From Malacoraja senta (taxonomy: Eukaryota): a stretch of 64,000 nucleotides of DNA. The notes beneath the pieces are model-generated. The model was not told where the DNA came from. It saw nothing but the letters and a program-made list of their open reading frames with translations, and did not search any database. The translations under genes and the position numbers were made by a program. The stretch covers positions 1,054,001 to 1,118,000 of the forward strand of contig JAXLNO010000385.1 of the NCBI GenBank assembly GCA_038087875.1, in the 5' to 3' direction. This document shows, piece by piece, positions 37,764 through 50,871 of this stretch (position 1 is the first letter of the stretch; each line of letters begins with the position of its first letter).

Positions 37764-40049
37764 AACGATCCAGCGAAAACCAGTGCAATTAATGAGGTTC
37801 CAGCACCCACAGATGTGCTCAGTTTACAGATGTCCCTTGGTATGGCTATTTCAGCAAATTCAATCCAGATTTCAGCGAAATATCAGCCCCATTACGCCAT
37901 CTCACACACAAAGTCTCTGCTTAGACCTGGCATGAGCAACAACAGACAGATTTGACACTTAAACGGCAGATGTCGGCCACCCCTACTCTAGCGCACTTTG
38001 CGCCTAGACTGCCTATTACTGCCATGTGTCATGTGCCTCCTCACAACATGGGCTACACGCTGCATACCTTCAGAATGATGGCCATGGCAATAAACCTGTC
38101 CCCTGTGCCTCGCGAACCATGGCTGACACAGAACAACGATTCGCCCAAATCGGAGAAGAGCTGTTTGCGGTTGTGTTCACCTGCGAAAAGTTCAACGATT
38201 TCATCTTTGGTCGCACTATTACAATTAAAACCGACCACCAACTCTTATCAGCATTTTCAATAAACCTATTCATAACTCTCCTGCGCGCCCACAACGGATG
38301 TTACTACAACTTCAAAAATATGACATTGTCCTGACCTACAAACGTGGAATGGATATGCACCTGGCGGACACTCTTTCACATGCATCTCGGACGACCTGCG
38401 AGGATCTGCCCTCGCAGGATGATGACTTTATCGCGATGACTGTATCCTTCATCCCTTCATCTTGAATGGAGGACCTGGTTGCCCAGACTGCCAACAACAA
38501 GACCCTTACGGTCGCTAACTTCTGTCATTAAGCACGGCTGGCCGGATGATACCCAGACGTGGCGCCGACAGACAAGAAGCAGAAGCAAAGAAGTCGAAGC
38601 CGAATGGAAACGAGGCCGACACGCCAACAAACCGAAAGAGTCTGAAGTCGAAACGTCTACTAAGCTAAAGGACGGGACGCCTAAGTGCAAACGAACCGAA
38701 AGGGCGGGACGCCTAAATGGCAACGAACCGAAAAGCTGCGACGCCGAAAAGCAAACTTACCGAATGACAGTTCTGTCAAAACGCCACCTACCCGAAAGGC
38801 GGCGCCGCCAACAAGCCTAAGGACCGACTGCCCCTCAACAGAAAAGTCCAATAACGGACTTGTCAGCGAACATTGTCCCAAACCTCCGCTCCACCCGACC
38901 CGCAGCCCACGGAGGGTGGCCGTGGGAGAATGGCGGCTGTTCCGAGAAATGCACACATTCGGCCCCTTTCAACTTGGTGCTTGGGTTCACATTGCCCAGT
39001 CACCTATGGCTTGTGTGGGAAAATGAACCACATGCTCCCGTCTCCCCCTTCTCTCTCCCCTCTTCCCTCTTTCCCTTCTCTCTCTCTCCCTTCTCTTTCT
39101 CCCTTCTCTCTCCTCCTCTCTGTCCCCTCTTCTCTCTCCTCCTCCACGCTGCCCGTAGCGGAGCAAACATTAACCCCATATGTGTTTCAGCCAAAGGAGG
39201 TTCAATCCAGGTTGCAACAAAAGCGTGACGTTCAAAAGATATGGTTCGACAAGACGAGTAAGCCATTGCCACCATTGACCAAAGGACAGGTGGTCCTCTT
39301 ACAGACTGGCAAAGGCCATGATCGAATTGGGGTGGTATCTGGTCCCGCTTCGGAGCCACGCTGGTACATTGTTGGAGCCGATGGCGGCACCTACTGACGC
39401 AACATCGTCTGCCTGTGAACGAGTCAATCCCTCCTCCTTATTATCCGGATCTTACAAGTTCAGCGACTTTGAGTCCTGAAAAGCGCTATATAAATAAAAT
39501 CTATTATTATTATTATTATTATTTCAATCTGCATCTAGTGACCCCCGCATGCTCTTGCCAGCACAACACTCCATGCCTGCGACAGTTCCTCTGTCTGTTC
39601 CATCTTCGCGTGCGCTACAGTCTCCTGCTTCGACTCCAGGGACGTTTGTCCACTCCCCCACGGCGGTGACATCGCCTGCTCTTTCCCCAGAGAAAAATAA
39701 TGGAGAAGGCCTCTATCGTACACGTCCCGGTCGTGTTTGCAGGCCGGTCGTGATGTATCCGGACTATGCTTCACTTTCCACCAATCTGTCATCGGTTGTG
39801 ATATTTGCTTTGCTTAGTTATGGATATACATCGTTATTGATTCTTTAAGAGGGGGATGTAGATTCGTGGCTCATGCTATGTCTTGCATTTGTAGTTACGC
39901 CCACTAGCTTGTTAGCGTCACGGTCTGCTGCATTCCGTTAGTCTTAAATTGAACTCCAAAGTAAGAAGTTGTAGTGCTTGTAACCAATAAACTCTACATA
40001 ACCCGACATGGTGTAAGGCCATTGTTATTATAAGGACTACAAATCAACA
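37764..40049 (+). mobile_element. Gypsy B copy 4, 5'-truncated in the RT/RH linker, intact 193-bp 3' LTR (39857-40049)
   Basis: DPAKTSAINE start, RNase H remnant, TLPVAEQTLTP..FDKTSKPLPPL integrase C-terminus, PPT, TGTAG...AACA. Confidence 0.92.
39463..39521 (+). mobile_element. L2-type 3' tail, ~58-bp insertion
   Basis: GCGACTTTGAGTCCTGAAAAGCGCTATATAAATAAAATC(TAT)n is absent from paralogous Gypsy copies (CAAGTTCATTTCAATC at ~27326). Confidence 0.75.
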
Positions 40050-40058
40050 ATCTCGAAC

Positions 40059-40287
<229 letters not shown>

Positions 40288-40367
40288 TATTCATTCATTC
40301 ATTCATTCATTGAACTCGAACTCTATCTCGAACTCGAACTGACTCGAACTCCAACTCCAATTCGAAC

Positions 40368-41830
40368 TGGTCGTGTTCGAAAAAACCTGTGCGGACCAAC
40401 TGGCTGGACTTTTTACGGATATTTTCAACCTCTCACTTCTGAGGTCTGACGTCCCCACCTGCTTCAAGAGGGCATCAATTTTACCGGTGCCCAAGATGAG
40501 TAAGTGACGTGCCTCAATGACTATCGACCAGTGGCACTAACGCCTGTGGTGATGAAGTGCTTTGAGAGGTTGATCATGGCGCAAATCAACTCCCTACCTC
40601 GACAAACACCTGGACCCACTGCAGTTCGATTACCGACACAACAGATCAATGGTGGATGCGATATTGCTGGCCCTCCACTCCGCTCTGGACCACTTGGACA
40701 ACACAAACTCATATGTCAGGCTGTTATTCATTGATTACAGCTCGGCATTTAATACAATCATCCCCTCCAAGCTGGTTATCAAACTCGCAGAACTGGGTCT
40801 CTGCGCATCCCTCTGCAATTGGATCCTCGACTTCCTCATTCACAGTATGTTCGTATTGGTGGAAATGTGTCAGACTGGATAACAATCAGCACGGGAGCAC
40901 CTCAAGGCTGCTGTACTCACTCTATGCTCATGACTGCGTAGCCGGTCATATTGCGAACTCCATCATCAAGTTCGCTGACGACACCACTGTTGTGGGACGT
41001 ATCACTGATGGGGATGAGTCAGAGTATAGAAGAGATATCGAGCGACTCTCCATATGGTATCAGCACAATAACTTGGCCCTCAACACCAGCAAAACCGAGG
41101 AACTGATTGTGTACTTTAGAAGGAGTAGGATGGGGACCCACAGTCCCGTTTATATCAACGGGTCGATGGTTCAAAGGGTCAAGAGCTTCTAATTCCTGGG
41201 CGTGCACATCTCTGAAGATCTTTCCTGGGCCGTGAACACTGATGCAATTATTAAGAAAGCACATCAGCGCCTCTACTTCCTGAGAAGATTACGGAGGGTC
41301 AGTTTGTCAAGGAGGACGCTCTCGAACTTCTACAGGTGCACTGTAGAGAGCATGCTGATCGGTTGCATCGTGGCTTGGTTCGGCAACTTGAGCGCCCTGG
41401 AGAGGAAAAGACTACAAAATGTAATAAAGACTGCTCAGTCCATCATCGGCTCTGACCTCCCTTCGAGGGGATCAATCGCAGTCGCTGCCTCAAAAAGGCT
41501 GTCAGTATCATCAAGGAACCACACCATCCTGGCCACACACTCATCTCCCTGCTACCTTCAGGTATAAGGTACAGGAGCCTGAAGACTGCAATGACCAGGT
41601 TCAGGAATAGCTACTTCCCCACAGCCTTTTAAACTTGGCTCGGACAAAACTCCGAACATTAATAGTCCATTATCTGTTATTTGTACTTTTTACGTAGATA
41701 ATGGTATATGGACACACGGATCTGTTTTGTAGTCAATGCCTACTATGTTCTGTTGTGCTGAAGCAAAGCAAGAATTTCATTGTCCTATCAGGGACACATG
41801 ACAATAAAGTCTCTTGATTCTTGATTCTTG
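40368..41830 (+). mobile_element. Rex1/Babar-like LINE, copy 2
   Basis: Same 5' junction, shared KSF*FLG stop and tail as copy 1; extra small deletions. Confidence 0.9.
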
Positions 41831-41977
41831 AACAAACTCTAACTCGAACTCGAGTTTGAGATCGACTTGCGGGCGGAGCACCAAGGCAATTTCCCTGTAT
41901 GTGAGTACTAGGCCAATAAACGTGTTCATTCATTCATTCAATTCGAACTTGAGCTCGAACTTGATCTCGAACTCGAG

Positions 41978-42690
41978 AAAAACTGTTTATGGAAAGACAG
42001 GGTGGGTATAATTTGAGAGGGGAAAATAATTTTTTATAAACACAATATCAGAACAACTCTTAAAATTATGTGCATAGCAATCTGTGGGGTGAATTTGTGG
42101 AATGGTCTGGAACAGGAGATAAAGCTTAGCACAAACATAATTCAGTTTAAAAAGATGTACAAAAACACTCTTTTTTAAAGGATATTGGGATGAGGATAGG
42201 TGATTGTGAGTGGGATATTTGTTATACTGATTGTATCGGGAAGGGTGATTATAGGGTGATGGGTTGTATATATGACAAAGGGATACTGTATTGTATATGA
42301 GGGTTATGGGTTGTATATATGACTGAGGGATACTGTATAGTATATGAGGGTTTTTTTTTTTTTTTCTTTTTTCTCTCTTTTTTTGTATGGCTTTGTAAAT
42401 ATTTGATTAGTGTATAAATGTAAATAATTTGCTGTACATATAGATGCTGGTGTACATATAGCTGCTAAATATGTAAAAGATAATTATAAGCAGTTGAATA
42501 AGGGGGTGGGAAATAATAAGCTTTGGCTTCTTCCTGCTCCTTTTCGGACACATACGATTTCATTTATTTATAGATATTGTTCATGACACTTTATAAATAT
42601 TCTTGTTTTGTTTTTTTGTATGCTGTTTCACACGCTTTTTATTCTTTTATTCTGTTCGAAATAAAGAATTAAATAAAATAAAAATAAATT
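41978..42690 (+). mobile_element. CR1/L2-group LINE 3' fragment, copy 2
   Basis: Near-identical to 31889-32600. Confidence 0.6.
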
Positions 42691-42694
42691 AAGG

Positions 42695-43741
42695 TCTATC
42701 TCGAACTCGAACTCGAACTCGAACTCGAACTCTATCTCGAACTCGAACTCGAACTCGCACTCTATCTCGAACTCGAACTCGCTCTCGAACTTTCTCTCGA
42801 ACTCGCACTCTATCTCGAACTCGAATTCGAACACGAACTCGAACTCGAATACGCGGACCAGCAAAGCAAATTCCTTGTTTGTGAATACTTGGCCAATAAA
42901 TGTATTCATTCATTCATTCATTAATCAAGTAATTAATCAATTAATTAATTAATTAATTAATTAGGTGAGTGATTAATTAATTAATTCATTCATTGAACTC
43001 GAACTCTATCACAAACTCCAACTCTATCGCGACATTAAAATCTATCTCGAAATCGAACTCTATCGCGAACTCGATCTCGAACTCGAACTGTTTCTTGAAC
43101 TCGAACTCTATCTGGAACTCGAACTATCTCCAACTCCAACTCCAACTCCAACATCAAATTGAACTCGAACTCTATCACAAACTCTATCTCGAACTCGAGT
43201 TGGAGTTCGACTTGCTGGCGGACCATCAAGGCAAATTCTTTGTATGTGAATACTTGGCCAATAAATGTATTTATTAATTCAGTCATTCATTAATTATTTC
43301 ATTCATTCATTCATTCATTCATTCATTCATCCATTCATTCATTCATTCATGCATTCATTCATTCAACTCGAACTCGAACTCGAACTCGAACTCGAACTCG
43401 AACTCGAACTCGAACTCGAACTCGAACTCGAACTCGAACTCGATCTGGAACTCGATCTGGAACTCGAACTCGAACTATATATCGATCTCTCTGTCGAGCA
43501 CAAACTCTATCTCGAACACCACCTCGACCTCGAACTCTATTTAAAACTCCAGTTGGAGTTCCACTTGCGGGCGGAGCACCAAGGCGAATTCCTTGTATGT
43601 CAAGACTTGGCCAATAAATTCATTCATTCATTCATTCGTTCATTCATTCATTCATTCATTCAATTCTAACTCGAGCTCGAACTTGAACTAGAACTCGAAC
43701 TCTATCTGGAACTCGAATTCGAACTAACTGTATATCTCTCA

Positions 43742-43797
<56 letters not shown>

Positions 43798-43840
43798 CTC
43801 GAACACGATCTCGAACTCGTACTCGAACTCGAAGTCGAAC
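42695..43840. repeat. Composite satellite block
   Basis: Cores at ~42852, 43212 and 43565; pure (TCGAAC)n at 43365-43440. Confidence 0.9.
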
Positions 43841-45137
43841 AAAATCTCCGTCTCAACTCTTTCACTCCCTCCCCTCCCCTCCAATCCTCTCTCTCTCTCC
43901 CTCTCTCTTTTTTTCCCTGCCCGTCTCTCTCACCCCCTCCCGTCTGTCTCCCCTCTCCTCGTCACTCACTCTCGCTCTGCGTCTCGGCGTTTGTCGCAGC
44001 AGGAAGGAGGGGTGTCTGACAGAAAAAGTCAGAGAAAGAAAGTGACGGGGCGAGAGAGAGAGGGTGCTGGGAGGGAGGTACAGAGAGGAGAGAGAGAGAG
44101 AAGGGTCTAGAGATGGAGACGGAGGGATGGATCGGGAGACTGCAGAGAGAGAGGTGCCAAAGATGGAGACGGAGGGAATGAGAGACGGGAGAGTGAGAGG
44201 GGGAAGTAGAGAGAGACGGGGAGAGAGAGACTGGGAGGGAGAGAGAGACATGGATCGGGCGAGCGAGAGAAGAGGAGAGGAAGGGAGAGACGGGGAAAAG
44301 AGGAGAGAGAGAGAGAGAGATGGGGAGGGAGGGAGAGACGGGGAGAGAGCGAGTGAGAAACGGGGAGAAGGAGGGAGAGACGGGGTGGGTGCAGTGGAGG
44401 AGGGGAGAATGATGGGGAGATCGAGAGAGTGACGGAGGGGGAGAGGGTTGTGGAAGTAATACAACGGAGACAGGGTCTTCGGTCAACTTGCTCATACTGA
44501 CCAAAATGCTCCATTTACACTTATCCACCTGCCCGCGTTTGGCCCATATCCCTCCAAACCTGTGCTATCCATGTACCTGTCCAAACGATGTGATAGTCCC
44601 TGTCTCAACTACATATTCCGGCAGCTGTTCCATAAAACCCACCACCCTCTGTGTGGAAAAGTTACCCCTCAGATTCCTATTACATCTTTTCCCCTGTAAA
44701 TGAGAGCATTAGGAGAGGGCACCTGTATATATACCTTTAAACCTGTCTTATCCATGTACCTGTGCAAATGTCACAAACGTTGATTCAATGAGGTCCCCCC
44801 TCGTTCTTCTGAACTTCAGTGAGTACAGGCCCAGTGCCGACAAACGCTCATCATATGTTGAGCACAGTTTATTAACCTGGGCACGACATAACTTGGCTTA
44901 ACATAGACAAACACAATTCTGTCGGAACAGCGGGACATGCAGCATTTCTGAGGAGAATGAATGGGACATGATTCGGGTCGAGACCGTTCTTCAGACGAGA
45001 TCCCATCTCTCACTTCCTCCACTCCCCGTCTCACTCTGTCCCTCTCCCAGGCTTCTACTCTCTCCCCCTCTCTCTCTCCTCCCCTCCCAATCCTTCCCTC
45101 TCCACCCCCGTTTTTCTCTCTCTCTCTCTCTTTCTCT

Positions 45138-45226
<89 letters not shown>

Positions 45227-47574
45227 CCTCTATCTCCTTTCTCCACTATCTACCCCGCTACCCCATCTCTCCCCATCTCTCTCCCCACCGGGTCTCTGGC
45301 GCTGTGAGAGCAACGCTACCACTCGGATTTAGGTATACCGTTAAACCTGTCCTATCCATGTTCCTGTCTAAATGTCTGGCCAAATGTCTCTGGCCAAATG
45401 ACTTTAACGTTGTATCAATGAGGTCCCCTCGTTCTCCGGAGGGAGAGACATGGAGAAAGAAAGGAGAAAGAAGGGGGGAACGGAGAAAGAGACTGGAGTG
45501 ACTGGATGGAAGAGAGAGCAACGCGGAGGGAGAGAGACTGCCAAAACTCACGTGTGTTTCATTGTCAAATATCCCAGACACAATAATGACATCCCAACTA
45601 GCAGCAGCACCAAACAGTATGTAAACATAGAGGGGAGCAAGAGGAGGGAGGGAGAGAGTGAGGGAGGAGGGGGAAGCAGGGGAGTGGGTGGGTCGTTGTG
45701 GTCCGTGTCCCTGTCTCCCTCGCCCCTCCATATCTCCCCCTTCCGTCTCTCTCCCCCGTCTCCGTCACTCTCTCTTTCCCCTCCCCGTCTCTTTCTCTCT
45801 CTGGTCACCTACCCGTCGCATCTCTCTCTCTCTTCCCCTCCCCGTCCTCTCTCCTCCCCGTATGTCTCAATCTCGTCCAAGCCACCCCCTCTCTCTCTCC
45901 CTCCCGTCCCCAACTCTCTCTCCTCCCTATCTCACTCACTCCCTCCCCATCTCTCTCTCTTTTTCGCTCCCCGTCGCTCTCCCACCGTCCTTGTCCTCTC
46001 TTTCCCTCACCGTCTCTATCTCTCTCCCTCCCCTCCCCATCTCTCTCTCGCCTCCCGACACTCTCTTACTTTTCCTCTCTCTCTCACCCTCCCCGTCTCT
46101 CTCCTTCAATCCCTCACCATCTATCTCTCTCTCCCAGTCTTTCTCTCTCCCCGTCTCTCTCTCCCTTCCCGTCTCTCTCCCTCCCTCCTCTCCCCATCTC
46201 TCCCTCTCCCCTCTCTTTCACTCTCTTTCTCTGTGTGTCCCTCTCTCTCCTCTCCTCACTGTCTCTCCCTCTCCTCTCCCCTTCTCATCTCCTTCGCCCC
46301 CTCCTCTCCCTCCCATCCTCTCTCTCTCTCTCTCTTTCCCTCCTCGTCTCCCACCCCCTCCCCGTCTGTCTCTCCCTCTCCTCGTCACTCGCTCTCGCTC
46401 TGCGTCTCGGCGTTTGTCGCAGAAGGAAGGAGGGAGTGTCTGACAGAAAAAGTCGGAGAGAGAAAGTGACGGGAGAAGAGAGAGAGAGAAGGGTCTAGAG
46501 ATGGAGAAGGGGAGGGATGGGGAGACGGGAGAGAGAGAGAAGGGGGTGAGATGGAGACGGAGGGAGGAATGGGGAGACGGGAGAGAGAGAAGGGGGAGAG
46601 ATGGAGACGGAGGGAGGAAAGAGAGACGGGACAGTGCGAGGGGTAAGTAGAGACAGGGAGAGAGACTGGGAGAGGGAGGGAGAGACGGGGAAGAGAGGAG
46701 AGATGGGGAGGAGGGAGAGACGGGGGAGAGAGAGAGTGAGAGACGGGGAGAGGGCGGGAGAGACGTGGAGGGGGAGAATGATGGGGAGATCGAGAGAGTG
46801 CCGGAGGGCGGAGAGGATTGGGGGAAAATAATACAACGGAAACAGGTCAACTTGTCCAGACTGACCAACATGCTCCGTTTACACTTATCCCACCTGCCCG
46901 CGTTTGGCCCACATCCCTCCAAACCTGTGCTATCCATTTACCTGCCCAAACGTCGTGATAATCCCTGCCCCAAGAACATCTTCCGGCAGCTGTTCCATAA
47001 AACCCACCACCCTCCGTGTCGAAAAGTTACCCCCTCAGGTTCCTATTCAATCTTTTCCACTTCACCTTGAATCTATATCCTATGGCTAGGGAGAGGGGGG
47101 GGGGTAAGCACCGTGCCGGCCCGGGGCAGATCGCGGGGAGAAAGTGCAAACTCTGCACAGACAGCGCCCGTGGTCAGGATCGAACTCGGGTCTCTGGCGC
47201 TGTGAGGCAGCAACTTGGATATATGGGAGGGCACCTGTAAATGAGAGAATTAGGAGAGGGCACCTGGATATATACCTTTAAACCTGTCTTATCCATGTCT
47301 TATCCGGAGGGAGAGGCAGGGAGAAAGAGAGGAGAAAGAAGGACGGAAGGAGAGAAAGAGAGTCGAGTGACGGGATGGAAGAGAGGCAACGCGGAGGTAG
47401 AGAGACTGGGTAAGAGGGAGAGGGGTAGCCGGTCAAGAGCCACGTGTGTGAAATATCCAGGCACAATAATGACATTCAAACTAGCAGCAGCACCAACAGT
47501 TTGTAAACATAGAGGGGAGGAAGAGGATGGAGGGAGAGAGGAAGGGAGGGAGGGCAGTGGGTGGGACGTTGGAG

Positions 47575-47774
47575 NNNNNNNNNNNNNNNNNNNNNNNNNN
47601 NNNNNNNNNNNNNNNNNNNNNNNNNNNNNNNNNNNNNNNNNNNNNNNNNNNNNNNNNNNNNNNNNNNNNNNNNNNNNNNNNNNNNNNNNNNNNNNNNNNN
47701 NNNNNNNNNNNNNNNNNNNNNNNNNNNNNNNNNNNNNNNNNNNNNNNNNNNNNNNNNNNNNNNNNNNNNNNNNN
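47575..47774. other. Assembly gap (200 N)
   Basis: Run of exactly 200 N. Confidence 1.
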
Positions 47775-48819
47775 ATGTTGTGCCCAGTTTAATAAACTGT
47801 GCTCAACATATGATGAGCGTTTGTCGGCACTGGGCCTGTACTCACTGAAGTTCAGAAGAACGAGGGGGACCTCATTGAATCAACGTTTAAGTGACATTTG
47901 GACAGGTACATGGATAAGAGAGGTTTAAAGGGATATATACAGGTGCCCTCCCCTAATTCTCTCATTTACAGGGGAAAAGATTTAATAGGAATCTGAGGGG
48001 TAACTTTTCCACACAGAGGGTGGTGGGTTTTATGGAACAGCTGCCGGAATATGTAGTTGAGACAGGGACTATCACATCGTTTGGACAGGTACATGGATAG
48101 CACAGGTTTGGAGGGATATGGGCCAAACGCGGGCAGGTGGGATAAGTGTAAATGGAGCATTTTGGTCAGTGTGAGCAAGTTGACCGAAGGGCCTGTTTCC
48201 ATTGTATTACTTCCACAACCCTCTCCCCCCTCCGTCACTCTCTCGATCTCCCCATCATTCTCCCCTCCTCCACTTCCCCCTCCCCGTCTCTCCCTCCCTC
48301 TCCCCATTTCTCACTCGCTCTCTCCCCGTCTCTCCCTCCCTCCCCCATCTCTCTCTCTCCTCTCTTACCCGTCTCTCCCTACCTCTCCTCTTCTCTCGCT
48401 CGCCCCATCCATGTCTCTCTCCCTCTCAGTCTCTCTCTCCCCGTCTCTCTCTACTTCCCCCTCTCACTCTCCCGTCTCTCATTCCCTCCGTCTCCATCTT
48501 TGGCACCACTCTCTCTCCAGTCTCTCCATCCCTCCCTCCGTCTCCATCTCTAGACCCTTCTCTCTCTCTCTCTCCTCTCTGTACCTCCCTCCCTGCACCC
48601 TCTCTCTCGCTCCGTCACTTTCTCTCTCTGACTTTTTCTGTCAGACACTCCCTCCTTCCTGCTGCGACAAACGCCGAGACGCAGAGCGAGAGTGAGTGAC
48701 GAGGAGAGGGAGAGACAGACGGGAGGGGGTGAGAGAGACGGGGAGGGAAAAAGAGAGAGGGAGAGAGAGAGGATTGGAGGGGAGGGGAGGGAGTGAAAGA
48801 GTTGAGACGGAGATTTTGT

Positions 48820-49960
48820 TCGACTTCGAGTTCGAGTACGAGTTCGAGATCGTGTTCGAGATCGAGTTCGAGAGAGAGAGAGAGATAGAGAGAGAGATAC
48901 AGTCAGTTCGAATTCGAGTTCCAGATAGAGTTCGAGTTCGAGTTCAAGTTCGAGCTCGAGTTAGAATTGAATGAATGAATGAATGAATGAATGAATGAAT
49001 GAATGAATGAATGCATGAATGAATGAATGAATGAATGCATGAATGAATGAATGAATGAATGAATGAACGAATGAATGAATGAATGAATTTTTTGGCCAAG
49101 TCTTCACATACAAGGAATTCGCCTTGGTGCTCCGCCCGCAAGTGGAACTCCAACTCGAGTTTTAAATAGAGTTCGAGGTCGAGGTGGTGTTAGAGATAGA
49201 GTTTGTGTTCGACAGAGAGATCGATATATAGTTCGAGATCGAGTTCCAGATCGAGTTCCAGATCGAGTTCGAGTTCGAGTTCGAGTTCGAGTTCGAGTTC
49301 GAGTTCGAGTTGAATGAATGAACGAATGAATGAATGCATGAACGAATGGATGAATGAATGAATGAATGAATGAATGAAAGAATTAATGAATGACTGAATT
49401 AATAAATACATTTATTGGCCACGTATTCGCATACAAAATATTTGCATTGATGGTCCGCCAGCAAGTCGAACTCCAACTCGAGTTCGAGATAGAGTTTGTG
49501 ATAGAGTTCGAGTTCAATTTGATGTTGGAGTTGGAGTTGGAGTTCGAGATAGTTCGAGTTCGAGATAGAGTTCGAGTTCAAGAAACAGTTCGAGTTCGAG
49601 ATCGAGTTCGCGATAGAGTTCGAGTTCGAGATAGATTTTGATGTCGCGATAGAGTTGGAGTTCGTGATAGAGTTCGAGTTCAATGAATGAAAGAATGAAT
49701 GAACGAATTAATTAATTAATTAATTAATTTATTAATGAATGAATGAATGAATGAATACATTAATTGGTCAAGTATTCACAAACAAGGAATTTGCTTTGCT
49801 GGTCCGCGTATTCGAGTTCGAGTTCGAATTCGAGTTCGAGATAGAGTGCGAGTTCGAGAGAAAGTTCGAGAGCGAGTTCGAGTTCGAGATAGAGTGGCGA
49901 GTTCGAGTTCGAGTTCGAGATAGAGTTCGAGTTCGAGTTCGAGTTCGAGTTCAAGATAGA
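48820..49960. repeat. Composite satellite block, inverted
   Basis: Reverse complement of 42695-43840. Confidence 0.9.
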
Positions 49961-49965
49961 TCTTA

Positions 49966-50683
49966 TTATATTTTTATTTAATTTAATTCTTTATTTCGAA
50001 CAGAATAAAAGAATAAAAAGCGTGTGAAACAGCATACAAAAAAACAAAACAAGAATATTTATAAAGTGTCATAAACAATATCTATAAATAAATGAAATCG
50101 TATGTCCGAAAAGGAGCAGGAAGAAGCCAAAGCTTATTATTTCCCACCCCCTTTTTCAACTGCTTATAATTATTTTATACATATTTAGCAGCTATATGTA
50201 CACCATATGTGCACCAGCACCTATATGTACACCAAATTATTTACATTTATACACTAATCAAATATTTACAAAGCCATACAAAAAAAGAGAGAAAAAAAAG
50301 GACAGAAAAAAACCTCATATACTATACAGTATCCCTCAGTCCATATATACAACCTATAACCCTCATATACAATGCAGTATCCCTCAGTCATATATACAAC
50401 CCATCACCCTATAATCACCCTTCCCGATACAATCAGTGTAACACATATCCCACTCACAATCACCTATCCTCAACCCAATATCCTTTAAAAATAAGTGTTT
50501 TTGTACATCTTTTTAAACTGAATTATGTTTGTGCTAAGCTTTATCTCCTGTTCCAGACCATTCCACAAATTCACCCCACAGATTGCTATGCACATAATTT
50601 TAAGTTGCTCTGATATTGTGTTTTTAAAAATTATTTTCCCCTCTCAAATTATACCCACCCTGTCTTTCCATAAACAGTTTTTT
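49966..50683 (-). mobile_element. CR1/L2-group LINE 3' fragment, copy 3
   Basis: Reverse complement of 41978-42690. Confidence 0.6.
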
Positions 50684-50871
50684 CTCGAGTTCGAGATCGT
50701 TCGAACTCGAGTTCGAATTGAATGAATGAATGAACACGTTTCTTGGCCTAGTACTCACATACAGGGAAGTTGCCTTGGTGCTCGCCCGCAAGCCGAACTC
50801 AAACTCGAGTTCGAGATAGAGTTCGAGTTCGAGATAGAGTACGATTTCGCGTTCGAGTTAGAGTTTGAGTT

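Noticed and set aside
42628..43669. FEFEFE / ELELEL / HSFI repeat ORFs
   Set aside because: Translations of (GAGTTC)n and (ATTC)n; frames are not conserved between paralogues
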